Part shown: piece after piece, positions 1-12,389 of the stretch
Layout: the number at the start of each line of letters is the position of its first letter
Numbering within the stretch: the stretch's first letter is position 1
Assembly (NCBI RefSeq): GCF_963921235.1
Contig: NC_086097.1
Coordinates: forward strand, 114,516,001 to 114,580,000
Length of the DNA stretch: 64,000 nt
Origin: Mobula hypostoma
Taxonomy: Eukaryota
Direction: 5' to 3'
The notes under the pieces: model-generated
Seen by the model: only the letters and a program-made list of their open reading frames with translations
Told to the model about the DNA's origin: nothing
The model's database searches: none
Made by a program: the position numbers and the translations under genes

Positions 1-323
1 ATAGCCAGATGCTTTTTCCCAGGGCTGAAATGGCTAACATGAGGGGGCATCGTTTTAAGATGCTAGGAAATAGGTACCGAGGGGATGTTAAAGGTAAGTT
101 TTTCTATACAGAGAATGGTGGGTGTGTGGAATGCACTGCTGGTGGTAGAAGCGGACACAATAGGGTCTTTTAAGAAACTCTTAGATAGGTACATGGAGCT
201 TAGAAAAATAGAGGGCTATGCAGTAGGGAAGTTCTAGGCAGTTTCTGGAGTACGTTACATATTCGGCACGACATTGTGGGCTGAAGGGACTGTAATGTGC
301 TGTAGATTTCCGTGTTCTATGTT
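1..323 (+). mobile_element. CR1 LINE 3' fragment
   Basis: Degenerate ORF2 C-terminus (RGH..K, FF..R.V..WN.L-type motifs) followed by a gtgttctatgtt tail. Confidence 0.85.
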
Positions 324-339
324 TGATGTTCTATGATCA

Positions 340-565
340 TTGATTGGGTTGTATGTTCTTCCTGTGACCATGTGTATTTCCTCCATATGCTCCAGTTCTT
401 CCCCACCCACCCCCCCACATTCCAAAGAGATATGATGGATTTTCGGCATGGTGACAATTTCAGGCTGCCTCCAGCACAACTCACAGAATGTGTTGGTTGC
501 TGACGCAAAATGATGTATTTCCCTGTATGTTTTGATGTACATGTGGCAAATAAAGCTAATCTCTT
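340..565 (+). mobile_element. SINE fragment (V-SINE/HE1-like family, multi-copy in window)
   Basis: gttcttcctgtgacc..tgtgtatttcctcc...tccagtt body shared with the copies at 13.5, 38.6, 43.8, 44.7 and 49.9 kb. Confidence 0.6.
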
Positions 566-589
566 GTTACCTTTATTTTTAAACGGAAG

Positions 590-1163
590 AGATTCTGCAG
601 AAATGCAGAGTAACTCATACAAAATGCTGGAGGAACTCAGCAGGTCAGGCGGTATCATAGAAACATAGAAACATAGAAAATAGGTGCAGGAATAGGCCAT
701 TCGGCCCTTCGAGCCTGCACTGCCATTCAGTATGATCATGGCTGATCATCCAACTCAGAACCCCAATGAACTGGCCTCAACTGTTTCCTGTGGCAGAGAA
801 TTCCACAGAGTCACCACTCTGTGTGAAGAAGTTTTTCCTAATCTCGGTCCTAAAAGGCTTCCCCTTTATCGTCAAACTGTGACCCCTCGTTCTGGACTTC
901 CCCAACATCGGGAACAATCTTCCTGCATCCAGCCTGTCCAATCCCTTTAGGATTTTATACGTTTCAATATGATCCCCCCTCAATCTTCTAAATTCCGAAG
1001 AGTATAAGCCTAGTTCATCCAGTCTTTCTTCATATGAAAGTCCTGCCATCCCAGGAATCAATCTGGTGAACCTTCTTTGTACTCCCTCTATGGCACTTGT
1101 TCCACTTGTTCTTTTCTATGGATGCTGCCTGACTCGCTGAGTTCCTCAAGCACTTTGTGTGTT
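590..1163. mobile_element. Short inverted-repeat element (Penelope-like terminal repeat family) split by a CR1 insertion; arms ~590-655 and ~1095-1163
   Basis: caaaatgctggaggaactcagcaggtcaggc on the left and its reverse complement gctgcctgactcgctgagttcctcaagcactttgtg on the right. Confidence 0.7.
656..1093 (-). mobile_element. Young CR1 3' fragment with an ~80 nt internal deletion
   Basis: (catagaaa)n tail; ORF 777-1061 is the ORF2 C-terminus. Versus the 48.6 kb copy the sequence jumps from actcagaaccc to caatgaactgg. Confidence 0.93.
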
Positions 1164-1549
1164 ACTCTGATCGTTACTTTCACATCAGTTATTTGCCGAC
1201 GTCATAAAATAAATGCAAATCAAGCATTGCTTTCCTTGCTGAACAAGAAACATTCTGTCCTAACATGAGATGCATACTTTGACTAAATGAAATAATTTTA
1301 TCCAGATCAAACCTGAAATGATTAAAAAAACCATTTGTTTAAAAATACACCTTGTATATACAGTCCAGAATTCTAGCACACACGCAACACTCCATAGCTA
1401 TTAAACGTAAACAGGAATAAACTCATGGCACATCAATATCTTAATAATGATAAGCGATAAACATACTACTTCCTCAAAATATATCTACTAAATGTTTACC
1501 AATATTAATAAAACTGAAGACTCACAGATATTGCTTTTAAAGAGAGGAT

Positions 1550-1949
1550 TGTCAACGGGTTCGGACATGGCCTATGCGGAGTGAGAGACGCTGAAGTAGT
1601 TGGATAGTTCACAAACTCTTATGCAAACAATGTTAAAGGGAAACAGAAAACAATAAACACTAGGCCACACAGGGCCGTTGACTAAAACACTCAAATGGAA
1701 AACGAAGCCTACACTGCAGCTGAAAAGAGAAATTAAGAATAAAACAAATACCACTCGTGTCCAGAATCAGTTGACTCGACAGTCCAATTTCTCAGGCAAG
1801 GCGGAATGCAGATAACGAAGCGGAGCTATGTCTGAGTCTTGACAAATACTAGGGCGGAATGAATGGAGTTAAATACTATCACGATGAAATGATAATTAGC
1901 TGACACTTGCATATTCACAAGTGCAGTTGCCGAATCCGTGGTTGTGACA
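1550..1949 (-). mobile_element. Solo LTR related to the chromovirus LTR at 18635/25176
   Basis: TG...CA ends; 5-bp TSD AGGAT (1545-1549 and 1950-1954); reverse complement aligns along its length with 18635-19059. Confidence 0.92.
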
Positions 1950-2339
1950 AGGATGAGAGAGACTTCTTTCCACTGTGTGCTTCAAACTGAAACCCAAATT
2001 AACTCTCATGGGAAATGATATAAAAAATAGTTTAAGTATAGGCAGTGATGTTCATACAAAATGAGCTGTGCCTCTAGAGGCCAGAACTCTCTCCACCTGG
2101 CAACCATGGGACGTCAGACTTAACTATTGAAACCAAAAGTCACTGACGGGAAGAGACTGTCGCTGCAGTGTTGATTTGTACCCCGGGTATCCACACAGAT
2201 CAATATCAAGCTGGTGTGATAGGGGCTCAGCACTCCACCACTACATCAATGCCAGCACACTTGACCAGACAAGAATTTCAATTTCATTGTAACTTTTGAG
2301 AGAGCCAAAATTAAGAGGGTTACTGGCTGATGCAAGGAA

Positions 2340-2878
2340 CAAAAAAATGCATATGCCTTTCATAGTATCTCTAAGAGTTTCACCAATGACACTCTCAATT
2401 TTCTACAGATGTACCATGGAAAACATTCTAGCTTGCTGTATCACTGTCTGGTATGGGGAGGAAAAATGCTACTGCACAGGATCAAAATAAGCTGCAGAGA
2501 GTTGTAAACTTAGTCAGCTCCATCATAGGTACCAACCTCCATAGTATCCAGGAAATCTTCAAAGAGCGATACCTCAAAAAGGTGGCATCTATCATTAAGG
2601 ACCCCCATCAGCCAGGTCATGCCTTGTCTCATAGCTACCATCAGCACACTCAACAATTCAGGAACAGATTCTGAATGGACATTGAACCCATAAACACTAC
2701 CTCACTACCTTTTTATTTTTATTTTTGGACTACTTATTTAATTTAACTATTTAATAAACTATATATATACATTTACTGTAATTCAAATTTTTCTATTATT
2801 ATGCACTGCATTGTACTGCTGCTACAAAGACAACAGATTTCTGACATATGCCAGTGATATTAAACCTGATTCTGTTTC
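2340..2878 (+). mobile_element. Rex1/Babar LINE 3' fragment
   Basis: TLSIFYRCTMENILACCITVWYG and KKVASIIKDPHQPGH peptides; attaaacctgattctg tail. Confidence 0.85.
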
Positions 2879-3009
2879 TAAGTTTTATATTCCAAGAAAT
2901 AATCTTATAGACGAATTATGGTTACAATGTAGGAAATATGGCTGTCACTTTGCACTCAAAGAGCAGACAGATAACCCGGTAATGATCTGGTAACCAGGTA
3001 ATCAGTCTC

Positions 3010-3120
3010 AGTCATTTGTGTGAGGATTAAATATTGACCCAGGTCTCCACTGACATGCCTGTTGCTCTTCAAAACAATATTACATGATCTTTAATGTTTG
3101 CTTTATGAGTTTTCCCACTG
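3010..3120 (-). mobile_element. Ancient DeuSINE/SacSINE1-like relic (similar relics at ~45130-45225 and ~50510-50670)
   Basis: ggattaaatattgacccagg...cctgttgctcttcaaaacaatattacatgatcttta resembles the Deu-domain SINE consensus as I recall it; highly diverged. Confidence 0.4.
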
Positions 3121-3949
3121 TTAACACACAATTTCAAAGAATAAAATATTATTTGGTGTTGTGGACCAGCCAGTGATTAATGTGATTATTCAGTCAAAAC
3201 AATAAATGTAAATTCTTTCCAAACCGTCAGAAATGATAAATAAAATAATCACTAAAACAGCCACAACCTCAAGAAAGCTGCAAGAGTTGGGATTAATTTA
3301 TGAGCTTGACAAAATCATAGATTATGTTAAGAAAAATTCAGGAATATAAAACAGAGTTTAATGCAAACCTCTATACTCGATTAAGGCAACAATACATTAA
3401 AGTCACATTTTAAAATGAATCCTTTATAGTTATAAGCAGTTTTGAAGAGATGGAGTAAAAATGTTTGTTTGATAGCATTCAGTACTTGTAAAACAATCAG
3501 AAATAATAGTGAAACCAGCAACATCAGTGCCAGAATTGTTCTTTGTTTTGTTATACAGTCATATATCACAATATATAGCAGCACGTTACATGACTGCTAG
3601 GCATTTCATTTAAATATTAAATTACCTGCAATAAAATGTTTCAACTCAATGGATGAAATCAATGTAAAAATAATAAATTTAATGAAATACCAGGGGAAGA
3701 TCTGGCAAAGATTTGAAAATAGTGCTTTGCATTGATTTTTTGGTTGGAATCTCTGCTCAGATTAGATGCTTTTTTTCTCCTCCATTACTGCAAGTTCAGA
3801 ATGCTTCATTAATTAGAATGGCACTTCTCAGCATCTTAGAAAGTAGAATATAAAGCAAAGGATTCTGAATAAAGAAAATATAATTGCTGAAAGTCAGAAC
3901 TGCTTGCATTAAGCAGATATTCTTCTGAGTAGGGGAATAGTCTGACATC

Positions 3950-4216
3950 AATTGGCAAAGGGAATATGAGAGGATCATGGGACAGGGGCTCTTGTCTCCA
4001 TCCCTCTCCCTCCTGTCTTCTCTTATCATTTTGGATCTCCCCCCCCACTTTCAAATCTCTTACTAACTCTTCTTTCAGTTAGTCCTGACGAAGGGACTCG
4101 GCCTGAAACATCAACTGTACCCCTTCCTAGAGATGCTGCCTGGCCTGCTGCGTTCACCAGCAACTTTGATGTGTGTTGCTTGAATTTCCAGCATCTGCAG
4201 AATTCGTGTTGTTTGC
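3950..4216 (+). mobile_element. Penelope-like terminal repeat fragment containing a hammerhead-like core
   Basis: Pyrimidine-rich 5' part, then agtcctgacgaagg...gaaac, then gatgctgcctggcctgctg...ccagcatctgcaga; same family as 54534-54666. Confidence 0.75.
4081..4116 (+). ncRNA. Minimal type-I hammerhead ribozyme-like motif (degenerate)
   Basis: agtc-CTGACGA-agggactcggcct-GAAA-ca-TC-aact: conserved CUGANGA and GAAA cores, short stem II, UH triplet, stem I agtc/(g>a)act. Confidence 0.7.
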
Positions 4217-4643
4217 ATTTTTAAGGTATAGGTGTACACTGTGTTACCCTTCATTATTAATATCTGAATTACATCGACCAGTTAATAAGTGGTGCTGCCA
4301 CACTACATATTTGCATTCTTCCGTGCTAGTTTTCAACATCATCAGACCGTAAGCATATTGTATATCATTTGAAAAAATATATAACTTGATAGTTCTGCAG
4401 TTGATTCTAGTAATACCAGATCTAATTTTGATAAAACTGAACATTTTGACTCTTTCAGGATGAGGAAGTTAGTGTTGCATTTTAAAATGTGAAAATATTA
4501 TCATTTGTTTAAGGGAAAATAGAAAGGGGTTGGCTCCTGTAATATTGAATCAATCTGCTGCATACATATGAACTCCTGGCAAATAACTGCTACAACACAA
4601 AAGGGACACTGTCATTGAAATCACTGGGATCAATTCAGATATA

Positions 4644-5210
4644 TGCAATCAATGGCCACTTGATTAGGTACCTCCTGTCCCTAATAAAGTGGCCACTGAG
4701 TGTATGCTTGTGGTCTTCAGCTGCTGTAGCCCATCCACTTCGTGGTTTGACATGTTGTGAATTCAGTAATGCTCTTCTGCATACCGCTGTTGTAATATGT
4801 GATTATTTGAGCTTCTGTTACCTTCCTATCAGCTTAAATCTGTCTGTTCATTCTCCTCTGATCTTTCTAATTAACAAGGTGTTTTCACCTACAGAACTGA
4901 TGCTCACTGGATGTTTTTTTTTTGTTTTTTCACATCATTCTCTGTAAAGTCTAGAGACTGTTGTGCATCAAAATCCCAGCAGATCAGCAGCTTCTGAGAT
5001 ACTCAAACCACCCCTTCTGGCACCAACAATCATTCCACGGTCAAGGTAACATTTCTTCCCCATTCAGATGTTTGGTCTGAACAACAACTGAACGTCTTGA
5101 CCAGGTTGACTTGCTTTTATTCATGTGATTGTTGCCACATGACTGGCTGATTAGATATTTGCATTAACAAGCAGATGTATAGATGTTCCTGAGAAAGTGG
5201 CTACTCAGTG
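4644..5210. mobile_element. Tc1-derived non-autonomous element (MITE)
   Basis: TIR-like ends ca.tca.tggccactt.attaggtac / aaagtggctactcagtg; further copies at 18440, 35847, 36778 and 47520. Confidence 0.8.
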
Positions 5211-5310
5211 GTTGATTAAACGATACCAGGTATAATAGCATACAAGGTCAAATTTACTGCGCACTATAAAAAAATATATATATTGCTAAGAAGCAGATGG
5301 CAATGAAATA

Positions 5311-5994
5311 CAGACAGTCTCCGGGTTGCCAACGTGTTCCGTACCTGAGTCTGTCTTTAAATCGGATTTGTACGTAAGTTGGAACAGGTACATCCAGTAT
5401 TATTTAGCGTCAGTTAGTCAAATGTTTGTCTTAGTGTATAGTATATATTTTACCTTTCTAAGCATATAAAACACTTAAGAAACATATGTATTTCAATAAT
5501 TAAACTACTGCGTTGCTTGGTAATAATTGTAGCTTTCATCGGGGCAGGGCCTTTCACATGCTCCATTATTCTCACTTTATCCTTCATCCTTTAAAATTGT
5601 TCCGATTGTTGACCGACTGTAGCTTAACGCTTTTCCAATGACTGATGGTGTTTCACCTCTTTCCAATCGCCTTATTATTTCCACTTTATTTTCAATCGTG
5701 ATCGTTTTCTGTCAACGGAACAGAAACACTGTGGATTCAGCGGGCGGCGGGTCCTGTGCTCCCCCGGGTCCTAAAGTCCTCCCGCACTGAGACAGGTAGG
5801 GGCGGTGCTGACTGGAAATGTGGGGGTGGGGGTCGGGGTGAATCTTGCTAAGAAATATGTAAGCCAAATACAAAGTTACACACTCAACACAGTGTTAACG
5901 GCAACGACTTAAAATGGCGGACGGCGTTCTCCTTCCTCCGTTCATAAGTACAAGTTGTTCGTAAGTCGGACATTTGTAACTCGGGGACTGCCTG
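5311..5994. mobile_element. Tigger/pogo-type MITE
   Basis: TIRs cagacagtctccgggttgc / gtaactcggggactgcctg, flanked by TA on both sides (5309-5310 and 5995-5996). Confidence 0.85.
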
Positions 5995-6914
5995 TAGTAA
6001 AAGTTAATTCAGCCAGAAGTACCATCAAAGGAGATGTAATCAGAAATTAAAATATTGCTCTAGGCAGGTCCTCATACACATTGGAAATTTATTTCCTTGG
6101 TTATTGGCTTTCTCAAGTTCACGTAAACACTAACAACATCATCAAAATATGGAATTGAAAACTGAAGTATAAATGGTATGAAGTGTGTATCTTTATTTGC
6201 AATTGGTTTTAAATAGTTTGTCTGATCTTACTTTTCTTGACAAACGTGATAAAATTTTATACATAATGTATGTGGTATTTATTGCTTATTATTTAAGTAT
6301 CAGTTTGAAACTTTTGAATTACAGCAAATGGAACAGAAGCAGATCATCTTTTATCTGACCATATGAAGACTAAAAAGAAGGTATAAAGATTTGATTTTCT
6401 CTCCTTAACTTGTTCAACTGTTATCTTTTTCTCCATCCTTGTGATGCAACATTGGTTGGGAATGTCTAGCGCTGCTTGCTTCATGCTTGATACAACTTTG
6501 TAGCATGTATGGGACAGCAAATAAAAATAAACAACAACGAGATGGAACAACTCTTTGAGTACAAGAAGGACGAGACTGCTCAGGCGCGTGACGTAACAGG
6601 ACAGTGCGGAGAGTTTATAAAGGAGACCACCCTATACAGTGGGCAGCTGTTGGAGCGGGCAGCGAAGTGAGCGGTAGCAGAGTGTAGGGCTTTGGCTTCA
6701 ACGGGCTTCGGCGGTAAATGGGAAGAGGCGAAAGTGAAGCACCAACTCTTTTTTTCTCCCCCCCCACCTTCACGAATCGGCCCGGACAGACAGGAACAGC
6801 AGGGCTCTCACAGCTAACGGTTGGAGCTAACAGTTTAAAAAGTTCGTCTGTTTGGTGAGGTAAGTGGGTGAGTAGACTTATTTTTCCCATTTTATTCCTG
6901 TAGAATTAGATAGC

Positions 6915-7850
6915 ATGCCTGCAGGGTTAGTGCTTTGTTCAGGGTGTCAGATGTGGGAATCCTGGGAGACCTCCAGCCTCCCTGATGGCCACATCTGCGC
7001 CAGGTGCACCGAGATGCAGCTCCTCAGAGACCGTGTTAGGGATCTGGGGCTGCAGCTTGATGACCTACTGCTTATCAGGGAAAGTGAAGAGGTGATAGAC
7101 AGGAGCTACAGGGAGATAGTCATCCCTAGGCTACAGGAGTCAGAAAACTGGGTCACTGTCAAGAGAGGGAAGGGAAATGCCTGGATAGTGGAGAGCACCC
7201 CTGTGACTGTCTCCTTCAGCAACAAATATCTTGTTCTAGATGCTGTTGAGGGGGATGACCTGACAGGGGACGCCCACGGTGACCAGGTCTCTGGCACTGA
7301 TCCTGGCGCTGTTGTGCAGGAGAGAAGGAGGGAGAAGAGGAATACAGTAGTCATAGGGGATTCCATAGTCAGGGGAACGGACAGGAGATTCTGTAAGCCT
7401 GGTAGAGATACCCGCATGGTGTGTTGCCTCCCAGTTGCCAGGGTACGGGATGTCTCGGATCGGGTCCAGAATAATCTGAAGGGGGAGGGTGAGCAGCCAG
7501 TTGTCTTGGTACATGTTGGTACCAATGACATAGATAGGACAAAGGAGGAGGTCCTGAAGAGAGATTTCTGGGAGTTAGGAAGGAAGCTGAGAAGCAGGGC
7601 CTCCAGGGTAGTAATCTCAGGATTGCTACCTGTGCCACGTGCTAGCGAGGGCAAGAATAGTAGGATCAGGCAGATGAATGCGTGACTGAGAGACTGGTGC
7701 AGGGGGCAGGGCTTCAGAATCTTGGATAATTGGGATCTCTTCTGGGGGAAGTATGACCTGTTCAAAATGGACAGGTTACACCTGAACCCGAAGGGGACCA
7801 GTATCCTGGTGGGAAAGTTTAATAGAGCTGTTAGGGAGGGTTTAAACTAA
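6915..7850 (+). pseudogene. CR1 ORF1 (CxxC...CxxC zinc finger, leucine zipper, SGNH/GDSL esterase); premature TGA at 7683-7685
   Basis: CSGC...CARC, VIGDSIVRG, VHVGTND; the frame continues after the stop through DRLHLN to GGT TTA AAC TAA (7848-7850). Confidence 0.92.
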
Positions 7851-10792
7851 TTTGGAAGGGGGATGGGAACCGGAATGATAGAATGGAGGAAGGGGAAAAC
7901 AGAAATAAATCTAAGATAGTGAGCAGTAAAGATGTCAGGAAAGACAGGCAGGTGATGGGGCAAATTTGTATCCATTGGGATGAGTTGCAATGCAATAAAG
8001 CTGCAGCAAAATCAAAGCGAGAAGTACCAAATACTGGTCTTAAGGTGTTGTACTTAAATGCACGCAGCATAAGAAATAAAGTGGATGATCTTGTCGTACA
8101 GCTACAGATTGGCAGGTACGATATTGTGGCCATCACTGAGACGTGGCTAAAGGATGCATGTCTCTGGGAGCTGAACGTCCAAGGATACACGGTGTATCGG
8201 AAGGATAGGAAGGTAGGCAGAGGGGGAGGCGTGGCTTTATTGGTAAGAAATGATATTAAATCATTAGAAAGAGGTGATATAGGATCGGAAGAAGCTTTAT
8301 GGGTTGAGCTAAGAAATCGCAGGAGTAAAAGGACCCAGATGGCAGTTATTTATAGGCCTCCAAACAGCTGCAGTGATGTGGACTACAAATTACAACAGGA
8401 AATAGAAAAGGCTTGTCAGAAGGGCAGTGTTATGATAATTGTGGGGGATTTTAACATGTGAGTGGATTGGAAAAATCAGGTCGGCACTGGATCTCAAGAG
8501 AGAGAATTTGTAGAATGTCTGCGAGATGGCTTTTTAGAACAGCTTGTTGTTGAGCCCACTAGGGGATCGGCTGTACTGGATTGGGTATTGTGTAATGAAC
8601 CAGAGGTAATTAGAGAGATTGAGGTGAAGGAACCCTTAGGAGACAGTGATCATAACATGATTGGGTTCACTGTGAAATTTGAAAAAGAGAAGCCGAAATC
8701 TGACGTGTCGGTATTTCAATGGAGTAAAGGAAATTACAGTGGCATGAGAGAGGAACTGGCCAAAGTTGACTGGAAAGGGACACTGGCGGGAAAGACGGCA
8801 GAGCAGCAGTGGCTGGAGTTTATGCGAGAAGTGAGGAAGGTGCAAGACAGGTATATTCCAAAAAAGAAGAAATTTTCGAATAGAAAAAGAATGCAACCGT
8901 GGTTGACAAGAGAAGTCAAAGCCAAAGTTAAAGCGAAGGAGAGGGCATACAAGGAAGCAAAAATTAGTGGGAAGACAGAGGACTGGGAAGTTTTTAAAAG
9001 CTTACAAAAGGAAACTAAGAAGGTCATTAAGAGGGAGAAGATTAACTATGAAAGGAAGCTAGCAAGTAATATCAAAGAAGATACTAAAAGCGTTTTCAAG
9101 TATATAAAGAGTAAAAGACAGGTGAGAGTAGATATAGGACCGATGGAAAATGATGCTGGAGAAATTGTAATGGGAGATAAGGAGATAGCGGAGGAACTGA
9201 ACGAGTATTTTGCATCAGTCTTCACTGAGGAAGACATCAGCAGTATACTGGACACTCAAGGGTGGCAGGGAAGAGAAGTGTGCGCAGTCACAATTACAAC
9301 AGAGAAAGTACTCAGGAAGCTGAATCGTCTAAAGGTAGATAAATCTCCTGGACCAGATGGAATGCACCCTCATGTTCTGAAGGAAGTAGCTGTGGAGATT
9401 GCGGAGGCATTAGCAATTATCTTTCGAAAGTCGATAGATTCTGGCATGGTTCCGGAGGACTGGAAGATTGCAAATGTCACTGCGCTATTTAAGAAGGGGG
9501 CAAGGAAGCAAAAAGGAAATTATAGACCTGCTAGCTTGACATCGGTGGTTGGGAAGTTGTTGGAGTCGATTGTCAAGGATGAGGTTACAGAGTACCTGGA
9601 GGCATATGAGAAGATAGGCAGAACTCAGCATGGATTCCTGAAAGGAAAATCCTGCCTGACAAACCTATTACAATTTTTTGAGGAAATTACAAGTAGGCTA
9701 GATAAGGGAGATGCAGTGGAAGTTGTATATTTGGATTTTCAGAAGGCCTTTGACAAGGTGCTACACACGAGGCTACTTAACAAGATAAGAGCCCATGGAA
9801 TTATGGGAAAGTTACATACGTGGATAGATCGTTGGCTGATTGGCAGGAAATAGAGAGTGGGAATAAAGGGATCCTATTCTGGTTGGCTGCCGGTTACCAG
9901 TGGTGTTCCACAGGGGTCCGTGTTGGGGCCGCTTCTTTTTACATTGTACATCAATGATTTGGATTATGGAATAGATGGCTTTGTGGCTAAGTTTGCTGAT
10001 GTTACGAAGATAGGTGGAGGGGCCGGTAGTGCTGAGGAAATGGAGAGTCTGCAGAGAGACTTGGATAGATTGGAAGAATGGGCAAAGAAGTGGCAAATGA
10101 AATACAATGTTGGAAAGTGTATGGTTATGCACTTTAGCAGAAGAAATAAACGGGCAGACTATTATTTAAATGGGGAAAGAATTCAAAGTTCTGAGATGCA
10201 ACGGGACTTGGGAGTCCTCGTACAGGATCCCCTTAAGGTTAACCTCCAGGTTGAGTCGGTGGTGAAGAAGGCGAATGCAATGTTGGCATTCATTTCTAGA
10301 GGAATAGAGTATAGGAGCAGGGATGTGATGTTGAGGCTCTATAAGGCGCTGGTGAGACCTCACTTGGAGTACTGTGGGCAGTTTTGGTCTCCTTATTTAG
10401 GAAAGGATGTGTTGATGTTGGAGAGGGTACAGAGAAGATTCACTAGAATGATTCCAGGAATGAGAGGGTTAACATATGAGGAACGTTTGTCCACTGTTGG
10501 ACTGTATTCCTTGGAGTTTAGAAGAATGAGGGGAGACCTCATAGAAACAATTTGAATGTTGAAAAGCATGGACAGAGTGGATGTGGCAAAGTTGTTTCCC
10601 ATGATGGGGGAGTCTAGTACGAGAGGGCATGACTTAAGGATTGAAGGGCGCCCATTCAGAACAAAAATACGAAGAAATTTTTTTAGTCAGAGGGTGGTGA
10701 ATCTATGGAATTTGTTGCCACAGGCAGCAGTGGAGGCCAAGTCATTGGGTGTATTTAAGGCAGAGATTGATAGGTATCTGATTGATAGGTAA
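7841..10792 (+). pseudogene. CR1 ORF2 (AP endonuclease + reverse transcriptase); stops at 8459, 9851 and 10553
   Basis: YLNARS, ITETW, GDFN, SDHN, KSPGPDG, QHGF, DFQKAFD, GVPQGS and FADV motifs, all in one frame. Confidence 0.95.
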
Positions 10793-11223
10793 CCATCAAA
10801 GGTTATGGTGAGAAGGCGGGCGAGTGGGACTAAATGGGAGAATGGATCAGCTCATGATAAAATGGCGGAGCAGACTAGATGGGCCAAATGGTTGACTTCT
10901 GCTCCTTTGTCTTATGGTCTTATGGAATAGGGTCAGAGGTACATACCTGGGAACTTTGCAGATTTGATGCAAGTCTCCAATATTTACTGGGATATTGAGG
11001 ATTTCCGGGTGAATCTTCGGGCTCTTTTCCATTCTTACACCACTTTTCTTACCACAGATGGAAGGACCTAAGGGATGTTATCTAAGGCAGCCAGGGTTGC
11101 TGTCACAAGACTTGTCATCATTATGTGCCGAGTCATGTGACATGGGCGATCATGATCTTCCATACGTCTTTATTCTGAGAAGTTCTAATAAGCTCTTCAA
11201 AACTTTTATCTGTCCATCTGTGA

Positions 11224-11720
11224 CATAGAAACATAGAAAACCTACAGCACAATACAGGCCTTTCGGCCCACAAAGCTGTGCCGAACATGTCCCTACCTTA
11301 GAACTACCTAGGCTTTACCCATATCCCTCTATTTTTCTAAGCTCCATGTACCTATCCAGGAATCTCTTAAAAGACCCTATCGTTTCCGCCTCCACCACTG
11401 CCGCCGGCAACCCATTCCACTCACTCACCACTCTCTGCATTAAAAAAACTTACCCCTGACATCTCCTCTGTACCTGCCTCCAAGCACCTTAAAACTGTGC
11501 CCTCTCGTGCTAGCCACTTCAGCTCTGGGGAAAAAGCTTCTGACTACCCACACGATCAATGCCTCTCATTATCTTGTACACTTCTGTCAGGTCACCTCTC
11601 ATCCTCCGGCGCTCCAAGGAGAAAAGGTTGAGTTCACTCAATCTATTCTCACAAGGCATGCTCCCCAATCCAGGCAACATCCTTGTAAATCTCCTCTTCA
11701 TCCTTTCTATGGTTTCCACG
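11224..11720 (-). mobile_element. CR1 3' fragment (different subfamily)
   Basis: catagaaacatagaaa tail; RRFTRMLPGL...LFSLERRRMRGDL peptide. Confidence 0.9.
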
Positions 11721-12389
11721 TCCAGAACATGTCGACAATGCTAATTCTCCCCACTAACCTCACCCCTTTGCACAGTTAGCCACTCATCCTCGTTCTGTCC
11801 CTGGTCTGGTTTCCTTGTAGTAGTTCCCACACTTTGCACTCCCATTCTTCAGTTCTTGGGAGTTCACCATTAACACACCCCAACAGTGAAACAATCACTA
11901 GCTTGGCTAAACAAAACGATCCCTTCAGTTAACATGCTCTACTGGTTTATAACTCATAAGAATAATAATTCTAGACACAGGCATTCCAAACAGTTTCACT
12001 TATTTTCACTCACACCATTACATTGATTTGTAGACAGCAGAATGGCCCCAAAAGACCTGAGAGACACTTGGGGCATCCTAAAATAATGCCTGGGTTAGTG
12101 GGAGCAGGCACACTACACCCTACACAGGACTTAAACCTCAGTTTGGCTTTGCTGGGAGGTGTGCAGGTTGGATTTGGTGGCTGGTGAATGGTTATATTGG
12201 AAAGTTAATGACAAAGTGTGTCATGAAGAAAGCCTCTCTATATTTGAAAATTTTGTACATACGTGTTTTCATTTGCCGATTTGTAAATACTTGTTCTTCA
12301 CAACGTTTGGGCAGCTTTTGTGTTTTTTTCACCGGGCACTAAATAAACCCCCTTTGTGCTAAGGTGCTGTTGTGGCTTACCATCTGCTT

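Larger units (their letters stand above)
6560..10926 (+). mobile_element. Near full-length CR1 LINE: 5'UTR, ORF1, ORF2, 3' tail
   Basis: CpG-rich 5'UTR, esterase-type ORF1, APE+RT ORF2, (tcttatgg)n tail. Four in-frame stops and no frameshift lesions until the extreme 3' end. Confidence 0.97.

Noticed and set aside
1164..6550. CYB5A exons expected from human synteny with TIMM21
   Set aside because: I found no cytochrome b5-like peptide (HPGG or the WWTNW membrane anchor) in the unique sequence.
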